Shown here one piece after another: positions 20,222 to 31,900 of a DNA stretch of 64,000 bases; positions within the stretch are counted from its first letter, which is position 1; each line of letters opens with the position of its first letter. The stretch is from the NCBI GenBank assembly GCA_043732705.1, contig JAYTHE010000003.1:10352-74351 (forward strand), given 5' to 3'. The notes beneath the pieces are model-generated. The model saw only the letters and a program-made list of their open reading frames with translations. It did not search any database and was not told the origin of the DNA. Source of the stretch: Candidatus Omnitrophota bacterium. Lineage in GTDB: Bacteria; Omnitrophota; Omnitrophia; Omnitrophales; Aquincolibacteriaceae. The translations under genes were made by a program, and so were the position numbers.

Positions 20222-20391
20222 ACAGAGTCAACCCGACAAAATTCCGGAAACGCTTTTTGTTTCCGGAGTTTCCTTTTAAATGAGCACTCAACTTACGGAA
20301 CAGCGTGAACGCAAGTTAAATGTGCGAATTTACACCGGGTGCTTCGCTTCAAGAACCCGGTGTTTAGTCGAAACTGCGAGGTGGTTTTCCA

Positions 20392-22128
20392 TTATCCCGT
20401 TACTACCAAACGAATATCACGCGGCAATTGCTTCGCCAATGAACGAAAAACTTCTCCGCGCAACATATTGACCAACGCGCTTTTTTTCGTGGTGCCAATC
20501 AAAACAGTTTTAATACCCAACTGTTTGGCGGCAGACGCAATTAAACGTCCGGGATTGGGGCCCATTTGCCAAACAGGCACGGCGGTAATCCCCCGCTTTT
20601 CTAATTCTTGCTGCGAACGAATGAGAACTTCGAGCGATTCATGCGAAGGCTCAACTTCTTCCAGCAGCATGGACGTCGCCGGAGCTTCTTCGACATAAGC
20701 CAGATAAACCGTATTCTCTTGTTGAACTTTCGCGCGCAAAGCCACTTCTTCGAGTAAATTGATATTTAAATATTTGAGCGCCACAAGCGTTGATCCATGA
20801 TAAAGGCCTTCAAGTTCAACGGCTTCATCCACAGTCAGCACATTGACCGCGCTCTCGCCAAGCGGAATTGAAATCGCCGGACGTGTCGCAAGTTTTGAAA
20901 TGTGCCTCAACACAAGCCCGCCGCCAATAATGGCTGTCACGAAAAGCAGCGCGTGAATCTTTTCAATGCAAATTGTAATTTCAACAAAAACAAGGACGGC
21001 GGCGGAGACAATTAAAAGCCCGCGCTCCCAAGGCTTGACCGCAAGCTTCATATTCGTCGCGCAAATAATTAAATTTAAACTGATCGCCCCCACCACGCCT
21101 ACAGCATAAAGCGAAGCGAGACCCACCATATCACTTTCAAAAAGCAAAACACCTATCGGAATTGAAACCGCGATTAAAAGCGGCAGCCAGGGCATCCCAA
21201 AACGGTTCAGCTTCGCAAAAACAGCCGGCAACTCCTTATCTTTCGCGAGCGAAAACTGAATATTCACGAGGGCCGTCACCGCGGTGTTGGCTGCGGATAA
21301 AAGTAAAAAACCAAAAACAAATGAAACCACGACACCATACCAAGGTCCGACATAATAATCCGCCAAAGCACGCAGCATATCTTCGGTATGCTCGCCAGGC
21401 AAAAGGCCGGGAATCGCGTTCATCGCTACGCCAAGCAAAAATGTCAAAATGGAAACTTCTAAAAGAACAGGTAAAATCGCGCGGCGCGCGGTTTTTTCAA
21501 CCGGCTGCACCATAATACCCGTCATATTCGCAACCGCCTCAACGCCTGAAAGCGCTAGGACAATTCCGACAAAAGTGCTCCAATTTTTTGGCCAATCATG
21601 CGATGGCATTTCAAAATGAACATGCGGCAGCTGCGGCAGCGTATACACAAATAAAATAATCGCCGCCAGAGACGCAAGCACGGCGATGAAAGCCGCAGCC
21701 CAGCTCGCCTTGCCCGGCCCAATCCAATTCATGAGCCCAACCGCTATAATCGAACCAATCGCCCAAAGTTCAGGATGCGGGAGATTAAAATAGTGGAAGG
21801 CATCGAGCGCGGAAAGCGCGGCTGTTACAACATAATCCGCGACAAGTAAGAGCGCTCCAACCACGGCGAGAATCTGTGAACGGCTTTTTACTGCCGAGTA
21901 AACCCCTCCGCCGTCCGGAAAAAGTTTGCAGATAATCATGTAGCAAACGCCGACTACCGCGGTCAGCGCCGCCATGAGGCCAAGGAAAAACCAGGAAGCA
22001 TGTCCGGAAAGCGCGAACGCGATACCCAGCACATAAGCTTTGCTCGTGCCCCAGTCGCCGTAAAGCAGAGCACCAGCCTGATACCATTTGAGGTCGCGCG
22101 GCCGGTTGACGCGCTTTAAAATCATCAC
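20392..22128 (-). CDS. APC-superfamily permease fused to a C-terminal universal-stress-protein (UspA-like) domain.
   Basis: The protein has about 12 hydrophobic helices, and the N-terminal region resembles amino-acid/polyamine permeases. The C-terminal ~140 aa (…ITAVPVWQMGPNPGRLIASAAKQLGIKTVLIGTTKKSALVNMLRGEVFRSLAKQLPRDIRLVVTG) looks like a Usp domain. Confidence 0.6.
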   Translation of the reverse strand: MMILKRVNRPRDLKWYQAGALLYGDWGTSKAYVLGIAFALSGHASWFFLGLMAALTAVVGVCYMIICKLFPDGGGVYSAVKSRSQILAVVGALLLVADYVVTAALSALDAFHYFNLPHPELWAIGSIIAVGLMNWIGPGKASWAAAFIAVLASLAAIILFVYTLPQLPHVHFEMPSHDWPKNWSTFVGIVLALSGVEAVANMTGIMVQPVEKTARRAILPVLLEVSILTFLLGVAMNAIPGLLPGEHTEDMLRALADYYVGPWYGVVVSFVFGFLLLSAANTAVTALVNIQFSLAKDKELPAVFAKLNRFGMPWLPLLIAVSIPIGVLLFESDMVGLASLYAVGVVGAISLNLIICATNMKLAVKPWERGLLIVSAAVLVFVEITICIEKIHALLFVTAIIGGGLVLRHISKLATRPAISIPLGESAVNVLTVDEAVELEGLYHGSTLVALKYLNINLLEEVALRAKVQQENTVYLAYVEEAPATSMLLEEVEPSHESLEVLIRSQQELEKRGITAVPVWQMGPNPGRLIASAAKQLGIKTVLIGTTKKSALVNMLRGEVFRSLAKQLPRDIRLVVTG

Positions 22129-22982
22129 AAGCGCGGTCTCTTAGAAAGTCTCTGTGCCGACTGCGTCAGTCCAACCGAAGATCGTGAAGTGTAAAAGATT
22201 GAGAAGTTCATGGATTTAGTCGGATCAATATAGCAGAACGCTTTCACAAATCAACTATCAGATAAATAAGGCGAGACAGGCCGAAAAAGACTATTGAGAA
22301 GGAACTTAACGGCGGCGGCGGGAAAGCAAAGCGGCTTTTCTGAGATACTTCCGGATGAGTTTAACTTTTTTAGGGATCCGGCGTTTGCGCAGAACATTTT
22401 TATTGAAAACAACTTCTTTTTCCAATGAAGTTTTCCGGCCCATTTCCGCGTATTCGCTGACATCATCATGATGCTCTTCGGGACAAGAGTAAAAGCCCCG
22501 CCGAAAAATAGAGGCGTCTGAAAATGTTTCGCGCTTCAAAAAAACTCCTCAACTACTTCCCTTAAAACAAGATAATGCACATTGCATGCCAAATAAAAAT
22601 ATTTGAATGATTGGAAATTTATTACAGTAGAACATTTAATGCAGGGCAAAATAATGCGGTTGAGTGCTGCGCACTCAGAGCAGGAACGAGCTTGTGGTTG
22701 AGCCTTCAGCTCAGAACTAAAACAAAACAGTCAAGCTGCCTTGCAGCTTGCTACTACACACCGCGCATCATGGCGAAACGTCGCTCGGTGTAAATTCAGC
22801 CATGTAAGTTGCGTGCCAAGCATCTGCTAGTCAAATTTATTCCACTGTGATTGATTTTCGTTGCGGTTGCACTTTAGGCGCAGAGTAAAAATAACACAGT
22901 CAGGCGGTTCCCATCCGCCATCCATCTTCCGGGGAGTAGGGGGTTGGAAGACAGAAAAACGGATGAGAAACCTGATTTAAAA

Positions 22983-25900
22983 TTATGCCTGTGTTGAAAA
23001 TCTCCGTGCTGACATCACAAAGTTTTCAAGCACATCGACAATCGACAAGTTTCTTACCCCTGCAAGCGGCGCACCACGATTGCCGTAAACAACCAAGGCT
23101 TCAGGAGTAGAACCCAGCAATTGCGCCACACGCATGGCCTGCTGTTCAACGCTTAGGCTGTTCATAGCACTGCTTGCGCGGACTTCAACCACCTCATTCG
23201 CATCAATACGTTGATTACCTTTCATAAATCTCACATAAGCATCCAACGGACCAGATTGCGATTGCAGAATCCATTTCGCGTTCACACTGGGCAATTGCTG
23301 TTTAAGCGCAACAACCTTAACTTCACTGTCCTTATCAAAATAGAGCACAAGCTTTTTATTGGGTGAGCTGCTTGCCATGGATTGAATTAAAAGTGCGTCC
23401 GGATTTACAAGCAAAACATACCCCGAAGTTTGCGCAAAACTTGAAGCTCCAAAATCCACACTGGGCAATTGCGCCAACAATTTCTGCAAGCGAGCTGTTT
23501 CTAATTCCGAAGCAACCGACGCGCTTTCGCTTAAAGCCGCGGATAAATCACGAAATTCCGACCGATTCTTTCCGGAATCCCCCTTCTTTTTTTTCTGCGG
23601 AGCTTTGGGCGGAGCTTTTTCATTCCCCGCTACTTTAGTTTGCTTCAATACAGCCAATACCTTACTTACTCGTTCTTGCTTGGGGTTAGTTCCTGAAGGA
23701 AGTTTTGGTCTAACTATTTTCGAACTTCTACCCATATCGGTCCGGCGCCTTTTCCCTATAAGATTTGGACTCTCCACATTCTCGGGCGGCAAGAATTGTC
23801 TCAGCAATTCACCCTCTGCCTCCGCCAACACTTGGAGTTTTTCGGCAATTGTCATGCGCAGAGTACCAAACTTTTGCCGAACCATAACGTCAACACCGTC
23901 ATGTTGAAAACGCGGCGCCAATTCTAATAATTTCAATCCAAACGCTCCCAAATCGCCATTCAACCCGGAGACTCGCGCTTCCAATGCGGCGACCTCTTTT
24001 TCTAAATCTGCGTTCGGCTCAATTTTTCCATCGAACGCCAACTCTTTATTCACACCTTGGCGGAGCTGCTCGGCAAGGTCCTCAGCATCAACTTCAACGT
24101 GTTTAATGACAGCCTTTTTATGAGGCGACAAAGCTGAAATATCAGCTTGTAAAGCACTCAGTTCCTCTATCGTTTTATGATCGGCTTCGCCACTCGTTGA
24201 AATCTTCCCCTCAACAATTTCTTCAGCCCGCGGCGCTAAACTTGTCTCGCTCCATTGCAATAATTCAGCGGCTCCCTGTCCTGTTTTTCGAACAGTGTCC
24301 AATCGCTTTTTCCCTAAACTCACCGCAAGTCTGACATGCGCCATTGAAAAATTACTTTTTCCTTGAACAGAAGCGGCTGGTCCGGAGAGAGCAGCAGGCT
24401 TGCTCAGTTTTAGAATCGCAGTTTGAAGCGCTAACAACTCTTCAACCAATCTCTTTTCGTCCAGATTTGAGGGCTTTAAAATCTCATCATTAATTTGTTC
24501 CGTCAAAGGCAAGAGATCTTGAGACTGCCACGCTATTAATTCAGCAATTCCCTGACCCGATCTTTGCGCTTCAGCCAAACGCGGCTGCCCCATTTTCAAT
24601 GCCAAGCGTACAAGCGTAAAATTTGATTTTAATGGCGGTGTTTTCTGTTTTTTTGCTTGAGCCGCCGGGCGTGAAAACATAAATTCACGGAACGAACTTT
24701 CATCCTGGGTCACCACAGTAAAGGGCAAAGAGCCGTGATAATAATATTCCGGTTCATTCTCATCAAGAACAATGCCTGTAGCTTGAAGAAGTCTTCTGAT
24801 CGCGGCGGCAACCGGGGCGCCAGATTGAGTTGAGGCTGTTGTCGCGGCACGAATTTTACTTGCCGTGCCGAAGAGCCATTTTCCCAAATTGACAAAGGGA
24901 CTCGCGACAGCTCGAAAAATATTATAAGTGGATTTTCTGATTTTACTGGCTACATCAAATGCGGCCACATAAAAAGTGGTAATACGCAGCTGGCCGGCAA
25001 CCGCAAATTCAAAAAATAAAATATGGTCTCGCTGTCTTTCAAAATAATCGGCAGTCAACGTTTCTGCGGCATACAAATTACCGTTTTTCAATTCTGCGCT
25101 CAAAATTTCCCGCACCAATCTGCGCGCCTCTGTGACTTGAGCGTCATAGAACTGATTTTGAAAACGCATATCATCAAACGCTTTTCTGATGCTTTCAGCC
25201 GCTGCATCCGAAATTTTTAAATGTTCTCGAAGCGATTGCACAAACTCCGCGTGTACGGAAACTTCCTTGGCAAGGTCATTGTGAATCACCAAGTTTTTTT
25301 GGCCTGCGAGTCGTTTTCCGGAATCCTGCGTGATGGTCATAATGTTTGGACTAATACGAGCCAAGCCAAACCATCTTTCCAGAAATCGAAATGGCAAGCT
25401 GGCAATTCCATCGGCTTGTTTACCGAACAATTCAGAAGCTTTGGCGCGCTGCCAGAGACCAAGCAGTTTCCCATCAGGAATTGTATTGACCACATGCGAA
25501 GCTGTATTAACCATAGGCGGGCCATAATGTGCCGCTTCGGTATGGCTAAGACGTTGGGCAAAAACACGCACAATACTGGGGGCATCACTAAAAAGCTTGT
25601 TCCAAAACTGCCATATAATACGAATATTTAATGGTGATTCTACCAAAGCGACTCCCGGTAAAGTCTGAGAAACTAGAAGACGGCTGAAATCCGCACGAAA
25701 AATTAATTTAAAAAACCATTTACTAAAGGACCAAACAAAAGCCTGCAACGAATTTGTTTTTATTTGGGCCCAGTTTTGGATCATGGCTTTTAAAATACTT
25801 CTTACTAAACGGTAAGAAAAAACAGCGATATAAGGAACCGCGGCGACCACGATGAAATTAATTGAACCATAGAGAATAGCAGCTAAAAGCGATCCGGGCG

Positions 25901-28900
25901 CAGCAAACCATCCTGAAGGCAGGAAAATATTATCATGCTTGTAATAAACGATGACCGCTCCGACAACCAAAATTAAAAAAGGGTAAAACTTTCCGACAAG
26001 CCATTTAAGAGGACTTTCAAAAATATGGCTGCGCGTTTCATCCATCGAATTTTTAATTTCACGATGACGGCGCTGGTCTTTAAGCGGTTTTCCTTCCGTG
26101 TCGTATCCAACATATTGGCCAAATTCAGAAACTGATTTCAATAATGCGGTGCGGTCCTTCTCAATTTCGCCTTTCGAAGCATCAAAACCAAACGGATGCA
26201 TATCGCCCATTTCAGCCGCCTGCAGCGAAAGAAAGAGAACCAGGTGGGCCATACTGCGATTTTGAACTTGTAAAGCAACAGTAGCAACTTCCGACGGATG
26301 GAAAGAAATATTGTCTTCCCCCGGAAACGGCAAAAATAACCGGTTAACCCACTTCGCATGGAGATGCGATTTTTGCCCCAAAATTCCGGCGAGCACCGTA
26401 TCTTTGTTGGCCATTCCGAACACTCGTCCGCGGCTATACTCGCGCAAATTCATCATCTGCGTTTGATGCCGTAATTGCATTTCAATTTTCTCCATATCCT
26501 TGGCGGCGGCCGCGTCATTGACTGATGCAAACTGCTGGCCCGTCGAAGTCGTAAAAATATAAATCGTATTCTCATCGACATAAAACGAACGGCTGTCATC
26601 CGCTCCCACGCGAATAGGACTGCCGTCTAAATGCTTATTATTGAAAGCCTCTAAAAGAACGTTTCCATCCACAGAAACAGCATCGTAATTCCCGAATTTA
26701 AGCTCCATCAACTTGGTGCCCAAGCGACTAGTGTCTTCACTGTTTTCCACGCCCACAAGCACCATCTTGACGGGCTGAGAATTTTTGGCAGGTTTAACCG
26801 GCAGCACAAAATGGGACTGAACCTCTTCCGCTTTCTTTGCTCTCTTCACTTTTTTTGACGCCCTTTCTGCGTCTCTTTCGTTTTTTTCCACTTGCTCCGC
26901 CAAAATTTTCTTTTGTGCCAAAGCAATTTCGGATTTTAAATTCTTTTGATTCAATTTCCCGGCTTCAAGTTTTTGGCCAATCATACCCACTTGAGCTTTA
27001 ACAAACATGTTCATATCATGAGAGTCCGCAGAAAATTTATTTCCGGGCCCGACAGAAAATTCCATTAACTGTGACTCAATCCATTGTAGCCGCATTAAAT
27101 TCCATAACGCCTCGCCCGAAAGCTGATTTTCGCTTTCCCCTCCCTCACTGACCCAAGAATTGTCGAGCAATTTAAAATGAAAAGCCATTAACCGCAAATT
27201 TTCAGGAATCCAACTGTCCGGATCCAAAATATTATCGGGAATGGTCTGAAGATTAGGATTACCCGTCAGCGGAATAAACCGGCCGGACTGCCGCACCTCC
27301 GCGTCCGTTAACTCTTTGGCGCCGGTTAAATTGATGCCGCGAATTCTAAATTTTCCGTCCGTCCCTTTATCAATCGCAAGAATCTGTCCTTTGGTCTGCT
27401 CCAAATCGTAGCGGCCAGTGTAAGCGGGCTTACCATCCGGTAATTTAACCTGCGCCGCGAGTTTTTCCGAAAGCACCACGTAGCGCTGGCCCGATTCATG
27501 AAACGCAATGCTGAGCGGCTGTAAAAATCCCGCGAAAACAACGCCCGCCGGATCCAAAGTATCCGATGCGACAAAGCCATAAGATCCGCTTCCGCGTTTT
27601 TGTATGATCAAAACCGCAGAGTACAAATCATTCCACGCAAAAACTTCCGTGGCTCGCGCGGCAAAACTTTCAATACGGTCCGCCGGAATTCTTTTCGCAA
27701 AACTGAATTGATTACTCGTCTGGCTTCGTAAAATAAAATCTTTGACCCACCCCTGAATTTGATCCTGGCCAGCCTTAGGATGTCGAGCAATCTGCTGCGA
27801 GAAATGCGCTTCCCATGCCTGCGTAAATTCCGCAATCTGTTTGCGTGTGGGTGCCGCGCGATTAGCGGGATCTTTAGAAAGCTTCCCGTTTTTAAAAGCC
27901 GCTTCAAAAGAACGCCCGGCGGCATCTTGAAAAGCCAAACGAAATGAAGCATGCCACATCCCTTTGGTATGCAGTAAATCGAGTAACCCGGCTAGTTTAG
28001 GCGAGTCACCCAAAGTGGCATTATCAATATCCAGAACACTTTCAAGCCACATACCCTGCTGCGTATGATCCAAACCTTTCAGAGTTCCAATTCCATCCTC
28101 AAAATACGCAAAAAAGTCATTGTCACCGTTCGCGGACGCCAAATTTTGAAAATTTTCCACTCTTTTCGTCTGCCAATTCCCTTCTGAATCCTGGTAGCGG
28201 TAATCGACGGCCATCGGTTTGTCAAAAACAAACGGATGCGTTTCAATAATGGCGGGCCGACTCGAAGTCCCAAAACGGATATGCATGTGAAATGAAACTG
28301 AATCCGCGTTTTTTAAATTTCTAAGGATTTTTTTGATTCCTTTTTGAACTTCGCGACGCCATTCTTCTGACACACTGCGGCGGCGGCCCACAAGAATTTT
28401 AATATCAAGAAGAATGGTTTTACCGTCTTTTGTTTTCAGATAAATGCGGCCGCCTTTTGCCTGTCCGCCGCGCACCTGGGTAATAGCATCAATTTGTTCC
28501 ATAATAAAAAGCTCTTCTGCGAAATAAGCGGATTTTTCATTCGGATCAACATCGCTTAAATCGAGAACTTGATCTTCGTTACCGCAGCAAGCTTTATGCG
28601 GATCGGCGGGAGGAAAAAGTATGTCTTTAAAAAACGACCAAATAATCACAATACCTGCGGAGAAAAATAATACCGGTGATTGAATCCAATGATTCAACAT
28701 AGACGCATTAAAATAATTCTGCCAGTTAGAAACTAATTCCAACGTAGGCACCAACCACAGAGCTTTGATTTCAGGAAAAAGCGTCAACACCGCCCAGCCG
28801 GCAATTCCCGTACTGAAAGCCCAGCCAAACCAACGGATTAAACTCATGCGCCATTTACCAGCGTCTATAAAATGGGTGAAAGCTCCAAGGATGAGCGGCA

Positions 28901-31900
28901 TACCGGGGGTCACTGATGCGATCCAATGCCAGACGCTTTTTCCACCCAGCCAGTTTTTGAGACTCAAATCCGGTTTACCTACCAAGAGCGACATAATCGT
29001 ATGCCCCCACTCATTTAATATAAAAGTACCGGTCCATGCCAAACGGAAAGCCACAATTGCTTTCAGAACAATTAATGAATTTATTCCGAGCAAAAAAATT
29101 ACGCTTAATCCACCGACCATTTCAAACGCCGGCCAAACCCACATTTTCCAGGAATTCCGGGATGAGAAATTGCCGGCAGCGGAGGCTACGGGCGACTCTT
29201 CACGTCTTTTTTCACCAATCAAGTCGTATAACCTATAAAGATATTGAAATAAGCTTCCACCGTTTTGCGGCACAGCCTCTTCATAAATTTGACTTTCAGT
29301 GTCAGTATCAAATTTCGCTTCAATTGCCGCACGGAGAGAATCAACTTCATCAGCCGACCAACCTTCCAAGCCGGCTTGAAGCGATGGAAGCTGTCCCAAA
29401 AAGAGTCCTTTTTCCAATGCTGATGCGGGGATTTGCGCAACTGATGCAGCATTGGTCGATATGCCAATCGGAGCTGTTGTTGTTTTTCTATGAAAAATTT
29501 TAAAATAAATCCATCCAAACATTGTCGTGAGAATCAGCCACGCAGCAACCGGCCAAAAGGCAATCCACGATTTCAGCCGCGGATGATTATTCAAAAAATC
29601 TATTTGATCAATTTTTGAATCGACAAATTTAATTCCCTTTGTTGCCGGGAAATAAATCCACGTATTGTATTTGTCTGAAAAAAATCCTGCAAATTTGCTC
29701 CACCGCGATTCTCCCGGTGACTCCGGCTGAGGATTCGCAACTTTTGCTGCGCTTTGCCTTTCCAATTCCCTTTTCACGAGCTCAGCTTCTAACCGTGCAA
29801 GCTCCGCTGCTTTCTCAGATTTTATTCTTTCGGATTCTTCGAGCTGCCGCGCAGCTACTTGCTTTTGAAGTTCCAATTTTTCGTCAGCCGCAAGCTTTGC
29901 AGCTTCTTCAAGTTTTTTTTGCTGCTCAGCCGCCGCCAATCTTTCGGCTTCTTGCTGATGCTGCATTGCTGTTAGCCTAGCCTGAGTTTCATTCGCCATC
30001 ATTTTTTGGAGCCATCCGCTTGGCTTCGTTTCAGGAGCAACCGCCTCAACCTGCGTGGCTAATTGGGGTACGGCAACACTGGAATGAGAAATTACAGTTG
30101 TTGGCGGCAAACTCAACTTGGGAACCGGAACAAAGTCGAGCGGAAGCGAACTACGGGGTAAGTTTCCCAACTTTGCAAATGCAGACACAGGAATAAGTGG
30201 AAGCTCTTCCGGCGCTGACACGCTCCCCAACATTGTCTGTTCGGACGCTTTTACTGGACTTGAAGCGGCCCTGTTTGGTGAAAGCACGAATGGCGCAACA
30301 TATGTGTTTAAAAATTGCGTTACTGGATTTTGCTTTGCCGGAATTGTTGCGGGCGGCAAAACAAACTGCTGCGCCGCCCTAGAAAAAACTGTCGTTGGAT
30401 TATTTGCAACTACCGGAGCAACCGGTTGAAGCGGGTCAATAAAATCAGCCTGCTTGCCACTGTTTGTCCCATGCACGGCAACGACCCTTTGATTTCCGCG
30501 GGTTTGTGGCATTTTTTTTGACGCAACTTTGGGTGACGCGCTTTTGGTTCTAGAAGCTGTAACTGTCTTTTTTTTCACAGACGCAGATTGAGAGCTAGAT
30601 TTAACTTCCCCACCATTTTCTTTTGCCTGTTCTAATTTTATTCCTGCTCGCAATGACGGCGACACATGCTTAAATTCTCTTGCTCCTATTGGCAAACCCA
30701 GAATCGACTTTCTCACAGTCACTTGAGTTTTACCGCTTACAACCTGATCTTTAACCCTTCCTCTTTGAAAAAAAGATACGCCTAGTTTTTTAAGGCCGGT
30801 TTTAACTTTTTCGGAATTTTTTTCTCTCGCAACTTCGGCAGCGGCCGCCTTGGATTTAGCGGATTCTTTTTTGGGGGCCGCGACAGCAGAAGCGGAAAAC
30901 GCTATCAGACCGGCAAGCGCAAAAAATAAAAATTGAAAATGCCCAAAGACACGTTTAATAAAAGTAGGGCGTCTTTCAATAACCGGCTTTTCAATTTTTT
31001 CGGTCGGTTTTGGCGCACGAACTTCCGAACGAACTAAACCTGTTTCCCTTTCAGATGCGAGCAACCCCGAAGGCAATAAATTTCCAAAACTTGTTCCTTC
31101 GTTTGCTGCAGAAACAGTATTTACAACTGCGGAAGCAAGGTACTGCGGATCCAGCTGGCCGCTTAAACGGAAATCAATATCATCCAAAGTTTGCCAGCCA
31201 TGCCCCGAATGAGCCGAATGTCTTTTCCACCGAAAGTCCGTAACACCCAAACCGGTTGTCAAAGTTACAAGGCCGGTAGCGCCTTGATTTTCCTGACTTT
31301 CAACATGCACATTACTCCATGCTGTTTGGGATGGGACCGTAAGCTCTGAAAAATTCAATTTTTCAAAACTCGTATTTCCGGAAACAAGCGTGGCAAAAGT
31401 AAATAAGCTCAAACCGCCATGCTCAAAGACAGCCTGGGAACCTTGCGGAACATTGTCTCCCAAAGTTGGAAAACTATCGGGAGTCGCTAACTCAAACGGA
31501 ATCCTTTGAGAGCGGCGATTAGCTGCGATAACCGATTGCTTTAAAAATTTTTCAAAAAATCCGCCGTGACCGTCTAACGCACGCTCATAAGCCGCTTTTT
31601 CCGAGACATCTTGTTCACGGCGAATCGCAGGCCGAATCGTCACATACGAAATCGATTGGCTCTTCAAAGCACGTTCGAGGCCGGGAGTATGAAAACCACC
31701 GGCATAAATTAAAACGGGTTTTGAACCGGCAATTTTTAAAATTTTTTGGGTATTTGCGGCAAGCTGTGCATCACGCTTTAATGCCAACACATAAAACTCA
31801 AGCCAAGGAGCCCAAGTATTTGCGTCAAAAAGCGCTTGCCATTTTTGATCCGTGGTTTCCACGCGATAATGCTTCGAAAGTTCCAAAACTTTGGAAAGAG

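Noticed and set aside
22306-22539. 77-aa basic ORF (MKRETFSDASIFRRGFYSCPEEHHDD…RKAALLSRRRR) between the permease gene and giant gene 2.
   Set aside because: It has no recognisable family and overlaps another small ORF (22251..22469) in a different frame. It could be a genuine small basic protein, but the evidence is insufficient.
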